The notes under the pieces were generated by a model, which worked only from the letters and a program-made list of their open reading frames with translations, was not told where the DNA came from and did not search any database. A stretch of 64,000 bases of DNA from Hydrurus foetidus (lineage: Eukaryota): the NCBI GenBank assembly GCA_900617105.1, contig UYFQ01000032.1, positions 620,001-684,000 on the forward strand, in the 5' to 3' direction. The position numbers were made by a program, and so were the translations under genes. Shown piece after piece: positions 19,122 through 30,055 of the stretch. How positions within the stretch are numbered: the stretch's first letter is position 1; each line of letters begins with the position of its first letter.

Positions 19122-20402
19122 TTAGTCCTGTGCCGCTTGCTGCCACGCCTCTAGCGCCGCCGGACTGTCGCCCCGCTGCGCTGCCAGTTTTGCCCGCGCT
19201 TTCCAGGCACTGCGCAGCAGGCCCGCATCCGTCAAACCTTGTGTCGCTTGCGCCATCAGCTGCTGGGCTTTGCCCCAGAGTTGACGCTGGATACAGGCCA
19301 TGCCGACCAAGTACTGCAAATCAGCCAGCTGGGGGTGCTTCTGCTGCAAAGTTTCTAAACGTGCCAGCCACGGGGCATCCAAGGTGGGCAGGGTGGCCTC
19401 GACGGCACGCACCAGCTTGAAGCGCCATTGTTCGCCAAAGCGCTCCGCAAAACCCACGGGGTTCGCTGCCATGTGCTCCCAAACGGGCAGCAACCAAGCC
19501 CGTGCCAATGTGCCTTCGCCTTGCAAAGTGAGCAGGCGCTGCGCCGCTTGCACGGCCAACTCAGGCATCTCACGCTCTGAGGTGGTCAGCTCGGCCCAAA
19601 TACGCTGTAACTGGCTGCTGTCGTGTGCGGTGTTGATGAACTCCAGCGCCAAGCCGCGCACCATCACACGGGCGGCATCGGGTGAGAACGCACGGTGTTT
19701 GGCGAGCAAGCGGGCGGTGTCCAGTGCCTGCTCGCTTTGGCCGGCCAAGCGTGCGGCCTTGAGCTTAATGCGCAGCGCCAACGTGCGACGGGCCACGCCT
19801 TGAGGCAACTCGGCAAGGCGGTTCAGGGCTTCTTGGGGTTCGCGGTCTTCCAACGCCCAACGGGCGGCACGCAGTTGTGCGCCTTCGTGGGTTTCTTGGC
19901 TGACCACGCCGGGCCATTCGGTGTTGAGGGCCAGTTGCAGGTGGGCATCTCGTGAGGTTTTGTCTTGCAAGGCTTGGGCACTTTCAGCCACCAGCAAATG
20001 CGACAGGGCCGTCAATTGGGCGGCGTGGGGCGGGGGCTCGGTGGACGCAGACAGCGCCCGCTCTTGGGCCAGGGCGGCTTCTGCTGATTTGCGGGCCCGC
20101 AAAAAACGCCCGGCCACCAAATGTGAAATTGCATCCAGCAAAGCGGCGTGCATGGCGCGCTCTTTTTGCTGCGCCCGCCAAAAGCGGGCTTGGCGGGGCA
20201 AATCCAGCAAAGCCACGATGCCGCGCAGCGCCAAATGCAACACAACCATCGTGCCGACCAGCGCCAGCAGTACCAAATTCAGCGAGAAATCAACCCGGTA
20301 AGGGGGCCAAAACAGCGTGACCGTGCCTTGGTTGTTACCGGCAAACAAAGCGATGGCCACGGCAATGCCGAACAGGGCCAGGAACCATAAAGCAGCGCGC
20401 AC
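19122..20402 (-). CDS. hemY: Heme biosynthesis-associated TPR protein HemY
   Basis: N-terminal TM segments, FWPPYRVDFSLN, QLWGKA; position in hemCDXY. Confidence 0.88.
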   Translation of the reverse strand: MRAALWFLALFGIAVAIALFAGNNQGTVTLFWPPYRVDFSLNLVLLALVGTMVVLHLALRGIVALLDLPRQARFWRAQQKERAMHAALLDAISHLVAGRFLRARKSAEAALAQERALSASTEPPPHAAQLTALSHLLVAESAQALQDKTSRDAHLQLALNTEWPGVVSQETHEGAQLRAARWALEDREPQEALNRLAELPQGVARRTLALRIKLKAARLAGQSEQALDTARLLAKHRAFSPDAARVMVRGLALEFINTAHDSSQLQRIWAELTTSEREMPELAVQAAQRLLTLQGEGTLARAWLLPVWEHMAANPVGFAERFGEQWRFKLVRAVEATLPTLDAPWLARLETLQQKHPQLADLQYLVGMACIQRQLWGKAQQLMAQATQGLTDAGLLRSAWKARAKLAAQRGDSPAALEAWQQAAQD

Positions 20403-20415
20403 CGTGCAGCCCTCC

Positions 20416-21543
20416 TTATCGGCCAGCCGCAGCGGTGGCCATGGCGGTCAGGGTGTCGTCCACGCGGGGCAGTTCCACCGTTTTCATTTGGACTTGCACC
20501 TGTGCCAGTAAGGTGGTGGCGGTTTGCGTGCGGCGGGCCGAGGTGTCGAAATAGCGGTTCATCAGCATGGCGGCGGTGGCGACATCGGCACGGGCCGAGT
20601 CCATTTGCCGGGCCAGCAGACCCAGCCGGGCGTTGAGGAGTTTCAGCTTGAGGTTTTCGCGGACAAAGAACGACTGCTCAGGCGACAGCAAGGCAGCTTC
20701 GGGGTGCGCTACACGGCTGACGCGTACCAGTTGGCGGGCTTCATCCAGCAAAGCATTCCAGCTGCGGGCGACCCAGACCACGGCAAGATTGGCGTTGAAC
20801 GCGGCGGCAGCGGAGGACGCTACCGAGGCCGGGGCCGTGGCGCTTCGTTTGGATGAAGGGGCAGCAGCAGAGGCCGATGGAGCAACTACTTCAGCAGCTT
20901 CAGCTTGCCCCTTCATCACGGCCACGGCGTTCGCCAGCGGCAACTCATCGGCCATGCGGGTTAGCTCGTCCAAGCGGGTCAACAAGCTGGCAGTGTCGGT
21001 GACGGTGGCCGCTTTGACGCGGGCGATGTCGCGGGTGATGGCGCGTTGCAGCGGCACCAAGCGGGGTTGGGCGGAGCGGATGACACGCTGCTCGGCGGTT
21101 TTCAACGCGGCCAGCAAAGGCTCAACGCTGCCCGCCAGTTGCGCTTGCTGCTGGGCGAGTCGCAGGGCGGATTCCATGTCCACCACCAGGTTTTCGTCCC
21201 GCGAGCGCGACAGGCTTTGCATCAGCTCTTCGAGTTGGCTGCGCTGCAAAGAAACTTCACTCAAACGCGCTTCCGACACGGCTACGCGGGCGGCGGTTTC
21301 GCGCACCAGCTCTTGGGCTTCTTTGGCGATGGTGCGGGCCTCGGTGGCCTGCTTGCCCGCATCGGCACTTTGGCGGGCCAATTGCTCTTGGATATTCGTG
21401 AGTTTTTGCCATAACAGGCCGCTGGAACACAGAGAAAGGGCGCAGACAGCTATACAAACTATAGCAACGGGACTGAGCTTGGGCAGAGACGAGACAGGGG
21501 ATACAGGAGGAGTTTCAGACGAAGGAGCTGGAGCGGGGTTCAT
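20416..21543 (-). CDS. hemX: HemX family membrane protein
   Basis: LLSPEQSFFVRENLKLKLLNARL; ATG overlaps the hemD stop. Confidence 0.88.
   Translation of the reverse strand: MNPAPAPSSETPPVSPVSSLPKLSPVAIVCIAVCALSLCSSGLLWQKLTNIQEQLARQSADAGKQATEARTIAKEAQELVRETAARVAVSEARLSEVSLQRSQLEELMQSLSRSRDENLVVDMESALRLAQQQAQLAGSVEPLLAALKTAEQRVIRSAQPRLVPLQRAITRDIARVKAATVTDTASLLTRLDELTRMADELPLANAVAVMKGQAEAAEVVAPSASAAAPSSKRSATAPASVASSAAAAFNANLAVVWVARSWNALLDEARQLVRVSRVAHPEAALLSPEQSFFVRENLKLKLLNARLGLLARQMDSARADVATAAMLMNRYFDTSARRTQTATTLLAQVQVQMKTVELPRVDDTLTAMATAAAGR
21413..21467 (+). repeat. ~55-bp two-hairpin REP-like repeat, in hemX CDS
   Basis: AACAGGCCGCTGGAACACAGAGAAAGGGCGCAGACAGCTATACAAACTATAGCAA. Confidence 0.62.
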
Positions 21544-22364
21544 CGCATGGATTTTATCGACGCAAGCACCGCATCCAGGCCAGGGCGTGACTCGCAAACA
21601 ACACCAAAACCGGCATTGCGAGCCACTTGGGCAATGCGCGGGTGCGTGGCGACGGCGCTCATCCGCGTCCAGGCTTGTTCGGGCAGCAGTTGCTGCAAGT
21701 TGGTGATGCCTTCTGAGCTGCTGAAAACCCACACCGCAGCAGCATTCACCGATTCAGTAGCTTGGGCAGCTTGGGCGCGTTGAGCCACCGTCCAGACCGG
21801 CAGGTGGCGCTCATAAGCCCTCACAAAATCAACCTCGATACCCTGCGCTTGTAACTGCTGCGCCAACCAGTCGCGCCCCGCCATCTCGCCTTGCGCGTCG
21901 CTGCCACGCACGATGAGGACACGGCGCACGCCGGTCAATTGACCTTGCACGCGGTGCCACAGCGCTTCAGAGTCCAACTGAGCGGCATCGGCAGCTGGAG
22001 CGTCGATACGGGAAGCAGCCACCCCAGCAAGCCGCAGCGCATTCGCGGTGCCGGGGCCGGTTGCCCAAGCCCGCCAAAGCGCAGAGGATTCAGATGTATT
22101 TGAGGTTTTTTTGCTTATTCCATAGGCACGAGCAGCTATGAAAAAATGAGTAACGGCTTGCGCACTGACGAACATCACCGCTTGGTAAGTCGAAGGGGAT
22201 GTCGAGGCCAGTCCCCACGCCGCAGCCAGCGCATCCTGGTGGCGAGTCGGGTGGATGGCGATCAGGGGAAGTGCCACGGTGGGCCACTGCTGCTGCGCCA
22301 AAGCGTTGGCCCACGCGCTGGCATCTGGCTCAGGGCGCGTGACGATCAGCAGGGGTAGCCTCAT
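21540..22364 (-). CDS. hemD: Uroporphyrinogen-III synthase
   Basis: IVTRP, LPLIAI, FVSAQAV, FSSSE, THPRIA. Confidence 0.9.
   Translation of the reverse strand: MRLPLLIVTRPEPDASAWANALAQQQWPTVALPLIAIHPTRHQDALAAAWGLASTSPSTYQAVMFVSAQAVTHFFIAARAYGISKKTSNTSESSALWRAWATGPGTANALRLAGVAASRIDAPAADAAQLDSEALWHRVQGQLTGVRRVLIVRGSDAQGEMAGRDWLAQQLQAQGIEVDFVRAYERHLPVWTVAQRAQAAQATESVNAAAVWVFSSSEGITNLQQLLPEQAWTRMSAVATHPRIAQVARNAGFGVVCESRPGLDAVLASIKSMR
22100..22153 (+). repeat. ~55-bp two-hairpin REP-like repeat, in hemD CDS
   Basis: GCTTATTCCATAGGCACGAGCAGCTATGAAAAAATGAGTAA. Confidence 0.6.
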
Positions 22365-23336
22365 TCAGCGTGCGCCACCGGCACGCAAGGCAGCAGCGGT
22401 GCGCGTGCCCAGCGCTTCGGCATCGGCCAAAGTAAGCACCCCCGCGCTGCCTTGGGCTGTGACCAGGGTGGCGCTGCCTTCAGGGTCGCCCCAGGCGGCA
22501 TCGAGGTGCAGCTCGAAAGCGGGTGCATTGCCCTTCACCGTGGCGTGCGCCGCCAAAGGCATGGAGCAACTGCCCCCCATCGCTCGGCTGACCGCACGCT
22601 CAGCGGCCACAGTCAGCCATGTGGCTTGGTGCGCCAACGGAGCCAGCGCGGCCAGCAGGTCAGCGCGGTCAGCCCGCACTTCGATGCCCAATGCGCCCTG
22701 CCCGGCTGCAGGCAGCATCTCACTGGGCTCAAACACATGGTGAATACGCTCACCCAAGCCCAAGCGCTTCAAGCCCGCCGCCGCGAGCACGATGGCGGCG
22801 TATTGGCCAACGTCTAGCTTGCGCAAACGGGTGTCCAGGTTGCCGCGCAGGGGTTCGATGCGCAAATCTTCGCGCCCCAGCTGCACGAACAGCTGACGCA
22901 ACAGCACGGTGCGGCGCAGGCTGGACGTGCCCACCACCGCGCCTTGGGATAAGTCCTGCAAACCGACACGCCCAGGTGACACCAAGGCATCGCGGGGATC
23001 TTCGCGCGCCATCACGCAGGCCAACACGAAGCCGTCGGGCAGGTCCATCGGCACGTCTTTGAGCGAATGCACGGCAATGTCGGCACGGCCCTCTTCCAGC
23101 GCGGTTTCCAGCTCTTTCACGAACAAACCTTTGCCACCGACTTTAGAGAGAGAGCGGTCTAAAATTTGGTCGCCTTTTGTCGTCATGCCCAGCAAAGTGA
23201 CGTGGTGGCCCAGGGCCGCCAAACGGGCTTGGACATGCTCGGCTTGCCACAGGGCAAGGCGGCTTTCTCGGGTGGCAATAACAATGTTCACAGCAGTAAC
23301 CGGTAGGTAATTTTGAATCGACGGGGATGCTAGCAT
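22365..23336 (-). CDS. hemC: Hydroxymethylbilane synthase
   Basis: [41 protein letters not shown]. Confidence 0.96.
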   Translation of the reverse strand: MLASPSIQNYLPVTAVNIVIATRESRLALWQAEHVQARLAALGHHVTLLGMTTKGDQILDRSLSKVGGKGLFVKELETALEEGRADIAVHSLKDVPMDLPDGFVLACVMAREDPRDALVSPGRVGLQDLSQGAVVGTSSLRRTVLLRQLFVQLGREDLRIEPLRGNLDTRLRKLDVGQYAAIVLAAAGLKRLGLGERIHHVFEPSEMLPAAGQGALGIEVRADRADLLAALAPLAHQATWLTVAAERAVSRAMGGSCSMPLAAHATVKGNAPAFELHLDAAWGDPEGSATLVTAQGSAGVLTLADAEALGTRTAAALRAGGAR

Positions 23337-23421
23337 GGCCCTTGCTTTTCACTTGTTTTCACCCCCCTTCTCTGTGTTTCCTGTGTTTTGTTTGTGCCCT
23401 GTTTTTTTCTGAAAATCCACA

Positions 23422-26271
23422 ATGACCACTTCAGCCCCTACCGCCCCCGCTGCGGACACCCCCGTCCCCACCCGCAAACGCACCAACAAAGACCAACCGC
23501 TGATTGACGATATCCGCATGCTGGGCCGCCTGCTGGGCGACGTGATCCGCGAGCAAGAAGGCGCTGAAGCCTACAACCTGATCGAGAAAATCCGCAAACT
23601 CTCGGTGGCCTTCCGCCGCGATGCCGACCACGAAGCCGACAAGGCGCTGAAGAAGCTGCTAAAAGACCTCTCGGGCGACCAAACCGTCAGCGTGGTGCGG
23701 GCCTTTACCTATTTCAGCCACTTGGCCAACTTGGCCGAAGACCGCCACCACATCCGCCGCCGCACCGTCCACGAGCGTGCGGGCGACACCCAAGAAGGCA
23801 GCATCGAAGTGGCGCTGTCGCGCTTGCGGTGGGCGGGGATAGCGCCTAAAGTCATAGCGGACACTTTGGCCATCAGCCATGTCTCACCGGTGCTGACAGC
23901 CCACCCCACCGAGGTGCAGCGCAAAAGCATTTTGGATTCTGAGCGCGGCATCGCCCTGCTGCTGACGGCGCGTGACGAGGTCAACGCCCGCTTGGCAACC
24001 GGTTTGAAAGACGCGCTGGCCCCGAAAGAGCTGGCTGCCAACGAAGCGCAAATCCGAGCCAAAGTGGTGCAACTGTGGCAAACCCGGCTGCTGCGCTTCT
24101 CGAAATTGACAGTGGCCGACGAGGTGGAAACCGCACTCAGCTACTACGAAGCCACCTTTCTGCGCGAAATCCCCAAGCTCTATGCCTCGCTGGAAGCCGA
24201 GTTGGGCGACAACCGCATTGCCAGTTTCCTCAAAATGGGCCAGTGGATAGGTGGCGACCGGGACGGCAACCCTAACGTCAGCGCCGCGACCTTGGAATAC
24301 GCCCTGCGCCGCCAAGCCGAAGTGGCCTTGCGCCACCATTTAACGGAAGTGCATTACCTGGGCGGCGAGCTGTCGCAATCGGCCCGTTTGGTGGACGTGT
24401 CGCCCGAGATGCAAGCCCTGGCCGAACACTCGCCTGACCCCAGCGAGCACCGCAAAGACGAACCGTACCGCCGTGCGCTGACCGGCATTTACGCCCGCCT
24501 CGCCGCCACGCTGAAAGACCTGACCGGTGGCGACGCCGCCCGCCACGCCGTGGCTCCGCAAAACGCTTACCTCCAATCAGAAGAGCTGCTGGCCGATTTG
24601 CGCACCATAGACAGCTCGCTGCGCCAGCACCACGGCGCGGCCTTGGCTGTGCAGCGCCTGCAACCGCTGATGCGCGGCGTGGAGGTGTTTGGCTTCCACT
24701 TGGCGACAGTTGACCTGCGCCAAAGCTCAGACAAGCACGAAGAGGTGATCGCTGACCTGCTGGCCACGGCCCGCATCGAGTCCAACTATTCGGCCCTGGA
24801 CGAGACCGCCAAACGCACGCTGCTGCTGGGCCTGCTCAACGATGCCCGTCCGCTGCGGGTGATGAGCGCCAGCTACACCGAACTCACGCTGAAGGAATTG
24901 GCGATTTTTGAAGCCGCCAAACGTGCCCGCGAACGCTATGGTGTGCAGGCGATTCGCCACTACATCATCAGCCACACCGAGACGGTGAGCGATTTGCTCG
25001 AAGTGTTGCTGCTGCAAAAAGAGGTGGGCCTGCTGCGCGGCACGCTGGACGCACAAGCCACCGTTGATTTGATCGTCTCGCCGCTGTTCGAGACGATTGA
25101 AGATTTGCGCAACGCAGCCCCCATCATGCGGGCCTTTTACGCCCTGCCCGGCATCGCCGCGCTCATCAAACGCTCAGGTGCTGAGCAAGACATCATGCTG
25201 GGCTACAGCGACAGCAACAAAGACGGCGGCATCTTCACCAGCAACTGGGAGCTGTACCAGGCCGAAATCGCGCTGGTCAGCTTGTTTGACGAATTGGCGA
25301 ATGCCCACAACATCCAGCTGCGGATGTTCCATGGCCGGGGCGGCACCGTAGGCCGGGGCGGTGGCCCCAGCTACCAAGCGATTTTGGCGCAACCCCCTGG
25401 CACGGTGCGCGGGCAGATTCGGTTGACGGAGCAAGGTGAGGTGATTGGCTCCAAATACGCCAACCCCGAAATCGGCCGCCGCAACCTGGAAACCCTGGTG
25501 GCGGCCACCCTGGAAGCCACGTTGTTACAGCCCACCAAGCCTGCCACGGTGCCGTTCTTGCAGGCGGCTGAAAAGCTGTCTCGCGCCAGCATGGCCGCTT
25601 ACCGGGCACTGGTGTACGAGACACCGGGCTTCACCGAATACTTCTTCAGCTCCACACCGATCCGTGAAATTGCAGAGTTGAACATCGGCTCGCGCCCGGC
25701 TTCACGCAAGGCCAACCAACGCATCGAAGACCTGCGTGCCATCCCCTGGGGCTTCAGCTGGGGTCAATGCCGCCTGACTTTGCCAGGCTGGTACGGTTTT
25801 GGCAGTGCCGTGACTGCGTTCTTAGAGGGTGACAAGGGCAAAAACGACGCAAAGGCCAAAGCTGAAGCCTTGGCACTGCTCCAAAAGATGTACCGCAACT
25901 GGCCATTTTTCCGCACCCTGCTGTCCAACATGGACATGGTGCTGGCCAAGAGCGATCTGGCGCTGGCTTCGCGCTACGCCGAGATGGTGGAAGACGCCAA
26001 GCTGCGCAAAAAGATCTACACCTTGATCGATGCCGAATGGCACCGCACTGCCGACGCGCTGACGCTGATCACTGGCGACAAGCAGCGGCTGGCGGGCAAT
26101 GCGGCACTGCAACGCTCCATCAAACACCGCTTCCCCTACATTGACCCGCTGCACCATTTGCAGGTGGAGCTGGTGCGCCGCTACCGAGGCGGGCAAACGG
26201 ATGAGCGGGTACAAACGGGTATTCACATCTCGATCAACGGGATTGCGGCGGGGCTGCGCAATACGGGGTGA
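23422..26271 (+). CDS. ppc: Phosphoenolpyruvate carboxylase
   Basis: [35 protein letters not shown]-terminal RNTG. Confidence 0.97.
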   Translation: MTTSAPTAPAADTPVPTRKRTNKDQPLIDDIRMLGRLLGDVIREQEGAEAYNLIEKIRKLSVAFRRDADHEADKALKKLLKDLSGDQTVSVVRAFTYFSHLANLAEDRHHIRRRTVHERAGDTQEGSIEVALSRLRWAGIAPKVIADTLAISHVSPVLTAHPTEVQRKSILDSERGIALLLTARDEVNARLATGLKDALAPKELAANEAQIRAKVVQLWQTRLLRFSKLTVADEVETALSYYEATFLREIPKLYASLEAELGDNRIASFLKMGQWIGGDRDGNPNVSAATLEYALRRQAEVALRHHLTEVHYLGGELSQSARLVDVSPEMQALAEHSPDPSEHRKDEPYRRALTGIYARLAATLKDLTGGDAARHAVAPQNAYLQSEELLADLRTIDSSLRQHHGAALAVQRLQPLMRGVEVFGFHLATVDLRQSSDKHEEVIADLLATARIESNYSALDETAKRTLLLGLLNDARPLRVMSASYTELTLKELAIFEAAKRARERYGVQAIRHYIISHTETVSDLLEVLLLQKEVGLLRGTLDAQATVDLIVSPLFETIEDLRNAAPIMRAFYALPGIAALIKRSGAEQDIMLGYSDSNKDGGIFTSNWELYQAEIALVSLFDELANAHNIQLRMFHGRGGTVGRGGGPSYQAILAQPPGTVRGQIRLTEQGEVIGSKYANPEIGRRNLETLVAATLEATLLQPTKPATVPFLQAAEKLSRASMAAYRALVYETPGFTEYFFSSTPIREIAELNIGSRPASRKANQRIEDLRAIPWGFSWGQCRLTLPGWYGFGSAVTAFLEGDKGKNDAKAKAEALALLQKMYRNWPFFRTLLSNMDMVLAKSDLALASRYAEMVEDAKLRKKIYTLIDAEWHRTADALTLITGDKQRLAGNAALQRSIKHRFPYIDPLHHLQVELVRRYRGGQTDERVQTGIHISINGIAAGLRNTG

Positions 26272-26277
26272 TCAAAG

Positions 26278-27600
26278 TTACCCCCCAGACCCGGCCAATT
26301 TGAGTGCAGCCAGCGCCATCACCTTGGCGCTGTCTTCCAGCGCTTGAATGCCTACATACTCGTCCGGCTGATGGGCCAAATCCAGAATGCCAGGTCCATA
26401 AGCAATGCAGTCGCGCAGTTTGCCGGTGCGGACAATGTGCTTTTGGTCATAGGTGCCAGGGCTGGCAATGTAGCTGGGCTCGCGCCCCAGCACGCGCGCA
26501 ATGGCACGGGCCGTAGCGTCCACCACGGGGGCATCTTGTGGCGTGGCGGTGGGCACAAAACTCATGATCTCGCGCACCCCAAAATCAAACCCAGGCCGCG
26601 TCGCTTTCAGCTCTTGCAGCATGTCGATGATCTCTTGCTTCACCGCATCCAAGTTTTCCTCAGCAATAAAGCGGCGGTCGAGCACTGCACGGCAACTGTG
26701 GGACACCACGGGTGTGGGCAAATCCCCTGTCGGTCGGCCTTGGTCGTCCGTGCTGTAGCGCTGCTCAATGGGCCCGCCGTGGATGCTGTTGATGTTGAGC
26801 GTGCTGACCCGCGCACCGGGCGGCTCCACCGGCTCAGCCGTGTGGCGCTGCGCCAAGCGGGGCACCAACTGGGTTTCCAGCAGATGCACAAAAGCACTCA
26901 TGTGGTTGATGGCGCTGTCGCCCAAAAACGGCATAGAGCCATGTGCGATGCGGCCTTTGGTCTCCACCTCGGCCCACCATACCCCCCGGTGGCCCAGGCA
27001 AATGCGGTCTACACCCAAAGGCTCAGGAATGATGACGTGGTGAACGCGGGGTTTGCTGAAGTACCCCAGGCTGGCCAAGTAGCCCACGCCACCGAAACCG
27101 CCAGACTCTTCGTCCACCGTTCCACTGATCTCCAAGGCACCAGGTAAGTCAAACCCCATCTCGATCAGCGTCTCGCAGGCAATCACGCTGGCGGCCAGCC
27201 CACCCTTCATGTCGCAGGTGCCACGCCCGTAAATTTTGCCGTCCTTGATCTCTGCGCCAAACGGCGGCATCGTCCAGCCCGACCCCACTTCCACCACGTC
27301 GATATGGCTGTTGAAGTGGACGCATTCCCCGCCACCACCGCTCTTGCTTTGATAGCGGGCGACGACATTGGTACGGGGGTAGAGGTCGCTGTCGCCCGGT
27401 GCGCCCCGCGCGCGGAGGTATTCGACCGCAAAGCCACGTTTTTGCAACCGCTCACCCAAAAAGCGGGCGCAGGCTTCATAGGCATCGCCGGGGGGGTTGA
27501 TGGTGGGGATGCGCACCAAATCTTGCGTCAGCGCGATGAGTTCGTCACGCCGGGCTTCAATGCGCTGGAGCAACAGGTCGGTGTTGAAGGAATTCGCCAT
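26278..27600 (-). CDS. M20 family amidohydrolase (ArgE/DapE-like)
   Basis: NSHIDVV, GRGTCDMKGG, DEESGG, AHQPDE. Confidence 0.88.
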   Translation of the reverse strand: MANSFNTDLLLQRIEARRDELIALTQDLVRIPTINPPGDAYEACARFLGERLQKRGFAVEYLRARGAPGDSDLYPRTNVVARYQSKSGGGGECVHFNSHIDVVEVGSGWTMPPFGAEIKDGKIYGRGTCDMKGGLAASVIACETLIEMGFDLPGALEISGTVDEESGGFGGVGYLASLGYFSKPRVHHVIIPEPLGVDRICLGHRGVWWAEVETKGRIAHGSMPFLGDSAINHMSAFVHLLETQLVPRLAQRHTAEPVEPPGARVSTLNINSIHGGPIEQRYSTDDQGRPTGDLPTPVVSHSCRAVLDRRFIAEENLDAVKQEIIDMLQELKATRPGFDFGVREIMSFVPTATPQDAPVVDATARAIARVLGREPSYIASPGTYDQKHIVRTGKLRDCIAYGPGILDLAHQPDEYVGIQALEDSAKVMALAALKLAGSGG

Positions 27601-27609
27601 GCCGCCCCC

Positions 27610-28755
27610 TTAACCTTGCCGCCACGGCAAGCCGTGAAAGCGCCACCCGCCCTTGAGCCCCCGGTGGGCGCTGGTGTCCGCATCGCCCTCAAAGCCCTCC
27701 AAGATGTTGTAGGCCACGATGCCTAGTTGGGTCGCGCGTTTGGCCGCAGCGATCGAACGCACGCCGCTGCGGCAAAGCAACACGGCTTTTTTGCCCTCGT
27801 TATCACCTTGCAAAGCGGCTTTCAGCCCCTCGTCAAAACCTGCATTCATCGCCATGCCCGGCCATTGCTTCCAGGCCAGCGGGACAGCCCCTGGCACGAA
27901 GCCCACCCACTCGCGCTCAGCATCGGTTCGCACATCAATCAGCACCGCCTCGCCGCTTTGCCACCACTGGCAGGCCAGTTGGGGTGACACGTCCCCGGCA
28001 TAACCCGCAGCGGGGCGAGGGTCAGCGTGTGTACCCTGCTGCGCGTCATGGCGCAGGCCCGAGTTTTGGTTCGCGGGCACGGCCTCGGCCATGCGCTGGG
28101 GTTGGGGGAGGTTCAGGTTGTTCATAGTGGATACAAATTCTGCCAGCGTCTTGCCCGCAATGCGGACATTCGTTGTCTTCTCTGCGCCAATGTGGCTGTG
28201 GGTGCGGCCTTGGTAGTCGTGACCGGGCCACACCAGAGTGTCGTCTGGCAAGGCAAACAACCGCTGGGTGATGCTGTCGTACAGCGCCTGCGCACTGCCC
28301 GATTGAAAATCGCTGCGGCCACAACCGTTGATGAGCAAGGTGTCGCCCGTGAACACCTGCCCACGGTTACGCCACACAAAACTCATGCTGCCCGCCGTAT
28401 GGCCCGGTGTGTGCAGTACATCCAGCTGCTCACGCCCAAACGTCAGCACATCACCGTGGGCCAATTGAACCGCCGCCGCGTCAATGCCACAGCCTTGCGG
28501 CACCGCCTTCTTGGCGCCAGTGTGCTCGGCCAACAACCCCGCGCTGGTGATGTGGTCAGCATGGGCATGGGTTTCCACCGCCCACAACAGCGTCAAACCC
28601 TGCTCGCGCAGAACGGCCAAATCACGCTCAAGGTGCGCATCCACCGGGTCAATGATGAGCGCCTCACGGGTGGCCGCATCGAACAGGATGTAGGTGTAGG
28701 TGGACGACGCAGGGTCGAACAATTGAAGGGGAAGCACAGGTGATGTGAGGGACAT
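27610..28755 (-). CDS. Persulfide dioxygenase (ETHE1-like MBL fold)-rhodanese fusion
   Basis: ETHAHADH, TPGHT, FTGDTLLINGCGRSDF, PGHDY; rhodanese IDVR and CRSGVRS. Confidence 0.88.
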   Translation of the reverse strand: MSLTSPVLPLQLFDPASSTYTYILFDAATREALIIDPVDAHLERDLAVLREQGLTLLWAVETHAHADHITSAGLLAEHTGAKKAVPQGCGIDAAAVQLAHGDVLTFGREQLDVLHTPGHTAGSMSFVWRNRGQVFTGDTLLINGCGRSDFQSGSAQALYDSITQRLFALPDDTLVWPGHDYQGRTHSHIGAEKTTNVRIAGKTLAEFVSTMNNLNLPQPQRMAEAVPANQNSGLRHDAQQGTHADPRPAAGYAGDVSPQLACQWWQSGEAVLIDVRTDAEREWVGFVPGAVPLAWKQWPGMAMNAGFDEGLKAALQGDNEGKKAVLLCRSGVRSIAAAKRATQLGIVAYNILEGFEGDADTSAHRGLKGGWRFHGLPWRQG

Positions 28756-28776
28756 GGCAACGGGGACTCCAGGGTT

Positions 28777-29022
28777 TCAAGCAAATTTGGTCAACATCTC
28801 AGCCACTTTGGCCGCTGGAACTTGGCCACTTTCGATCATGCACGCCACCATGGCAAAGAAGGATTTGTCCAGCGCTTTGCGCGAAGCCGTCAATTGCTGA
28901 GCGATTTTTTCGCAGTCAGCCTCCTCCTCAATCAACCGCTGAACGCCGCGCAACTGGCCTTCAACACGGGCCAGACGGGTACACAAGGCCTTCTTTTTGG
29001 CAGGGTCAGTGAGATGGGTCAT
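28777..29022 (-). CDS. CsoR/RcnR-family repressor (CstR-like)
   Basis: RLARVEGQLRGVQRLIEEEADC; second Cys in MVACM; no His in that region. Confidence 0.85.
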   Translation of the reverse strand: MTHLTDPAKKKALCTRLARVEGQLRGVQRLIEEEADCEKIAQQLTASRKALDKSFFAMVACMIESGQVPAAKVAEMLTKFA

Positions 29023-29056
29023 AGCAGCATAGACTTTTAAAACAACAACCCCCATA

Positions 29057-29072
29057 ATACCCCATGGGGTAT
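29057..29072. promoter_or_regulatory. CsoR/RcnR-type operator
   Basis: Perfect palindrome ATACCCCATGGGGTAT between the divergent genes. Confidence 0.8.
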
Positions 29073-29110
29073 ATTCGCACCATTGAAATTTTGAAAACAG
29101 GACTATCGCG

Positions 29111-29551
29111 ATGCCCCTCTTTCACCCTTACCTTCAAGCCTTGATCGGCGGCGTTTTGATAGGCCTCGCCAGCTGGCTGCTGCTGGCCTCGCTGGGGCGC
29201 GTCACCGGTATCAGCGGCATTACAGCGGGTGCGTTGTTCCCCGACAAAAGCAACAACAGCGCCACCACCGAAAACAACGCTTGGCGTTGGGCCTTTCTGG
29301 CAGGGCTGATCGTGATGGGGGCCGTGGCAACGCTGTGGCTGCAGCTTCCGGCAAACGCGAGCACCCCGTGGATCAAGCTGGCCGTGGCGGGCTTGCTGGT
29401 GGGCTTTGGCACCGTGATGGGTTCAGGCTGCACCAGCGGCCACGGCGTGTGCGGACTGGGGCGGCGCTCACTGCGCTCCTTGGTGGCCACCATCACCTTC
29501 ATGAGCGCGGGATTTGCTACTGTATTCATAGCTGCCTACGCTCACCTGTAA
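29111..29551 (+). CDS. YeeE/YedE family sulfur-compound transporter subunit
   Basis: GRVTGISG, GSGCTSGHGVCG. Confidence 0.9.
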   Translation: MPLFHPYLQALIGGVLIGLASWLLLASLGRVTGISGITAGALFPDKSNNSATTENNAWRWAFLAGLIVMGAVATLWLQLPANASTPWIKLAVAGLLVGFGTVMGSGCTSGHGVCGLGRRSLRSLVATITFMSAGFATVFIAAYAHL

Positions 29552-29570
29552 AGCGATTAATCGACTAAAT
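29514..29570 (-). repeat. ~55-bp two-hairpin REP-like repeat spanning the first YeeE stop codon
   Basis: TTGCTACTGTATTCATAGCTGCCTACGCTCACCTGTAAAGCG. Confidence 0.65.
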
Positions 29571-29587
29571 GGTAAAAAATCAACATC

Positions 29588-30046
29588 ATGAAAAACTTCA
29601 AACAACTTGCAGCCGCCACCTTGGCCGGTGCCCTCTTTGGCCTGGGCTTGGTGGTGTCGGGCATGACGCAGACCGCCAAAGTCACAGGCTTTTTGAACCT
29701 GGGTGGTCTCTTCGACGCGGCACGCTTTGGCGCATGGGATCCATCGCTTGCCTTTGTGATGGGCGGTGCCGTCTGCGTCACCCTGCTGGCCTTCGCCATC
29801 ACCCCGGCCACTGCGGCCAAGCCCGCACGCAAACCCTGGCTGGCCGCCACCTTTCAACTGCCCACGCGGCAAGACATTGATGCCCGACTGCTGCTGGGCG
29901 CCGCGCTGTTCGGCGTAGGCTGGGGCTTGGTCGGCTACTGCCCTGGGCCAGCGCTGGCAACGGTTTTGACGGGAGGCACGGATGCCATCATTTTTATAGC
30001 ATCTCTAGCATGTGGAATGTGGGCTGCGAAGCGATTTGCAACCTGA
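29588..30046 (+). CDS. YeeE/YedE family second subunit
   Basis: SGMT..KVTGFL, WDPSLAFVMGGA, GYCPGP. Confidence 0.9.
   Translation: MKNFKQLAAATLAGALFGLGLVVSGMTQTAKVTGFLNLGGLFDAARFGAWDPSLAFVMGGAVCVTLLAFAITPATAAKPARKPWLAATFQLPTRQDIDARLLLGAALFGVGWGLVGYCPGPALATVLTGGTDAIIFIASLACGMWAAKRFAT
29983..30038 (-). repeat. ~55-bp two-hairpin REP-like repeat, 3' end of second YeeE CDS
   Basis: TGCCATCATTTTTATAGCATCTCTAGCATGTGGAATGTGGGCTGCGAAGCGATTT. Confidence 0.55.
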
Positions 30047-30055
30047 ATATCACCC

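Noticed and set aside
23340..23411. Pyrimidine-rich tract between hemC and ppc
   Set aside because: No hairpin or defined repeat unit; probably an unstructured leader
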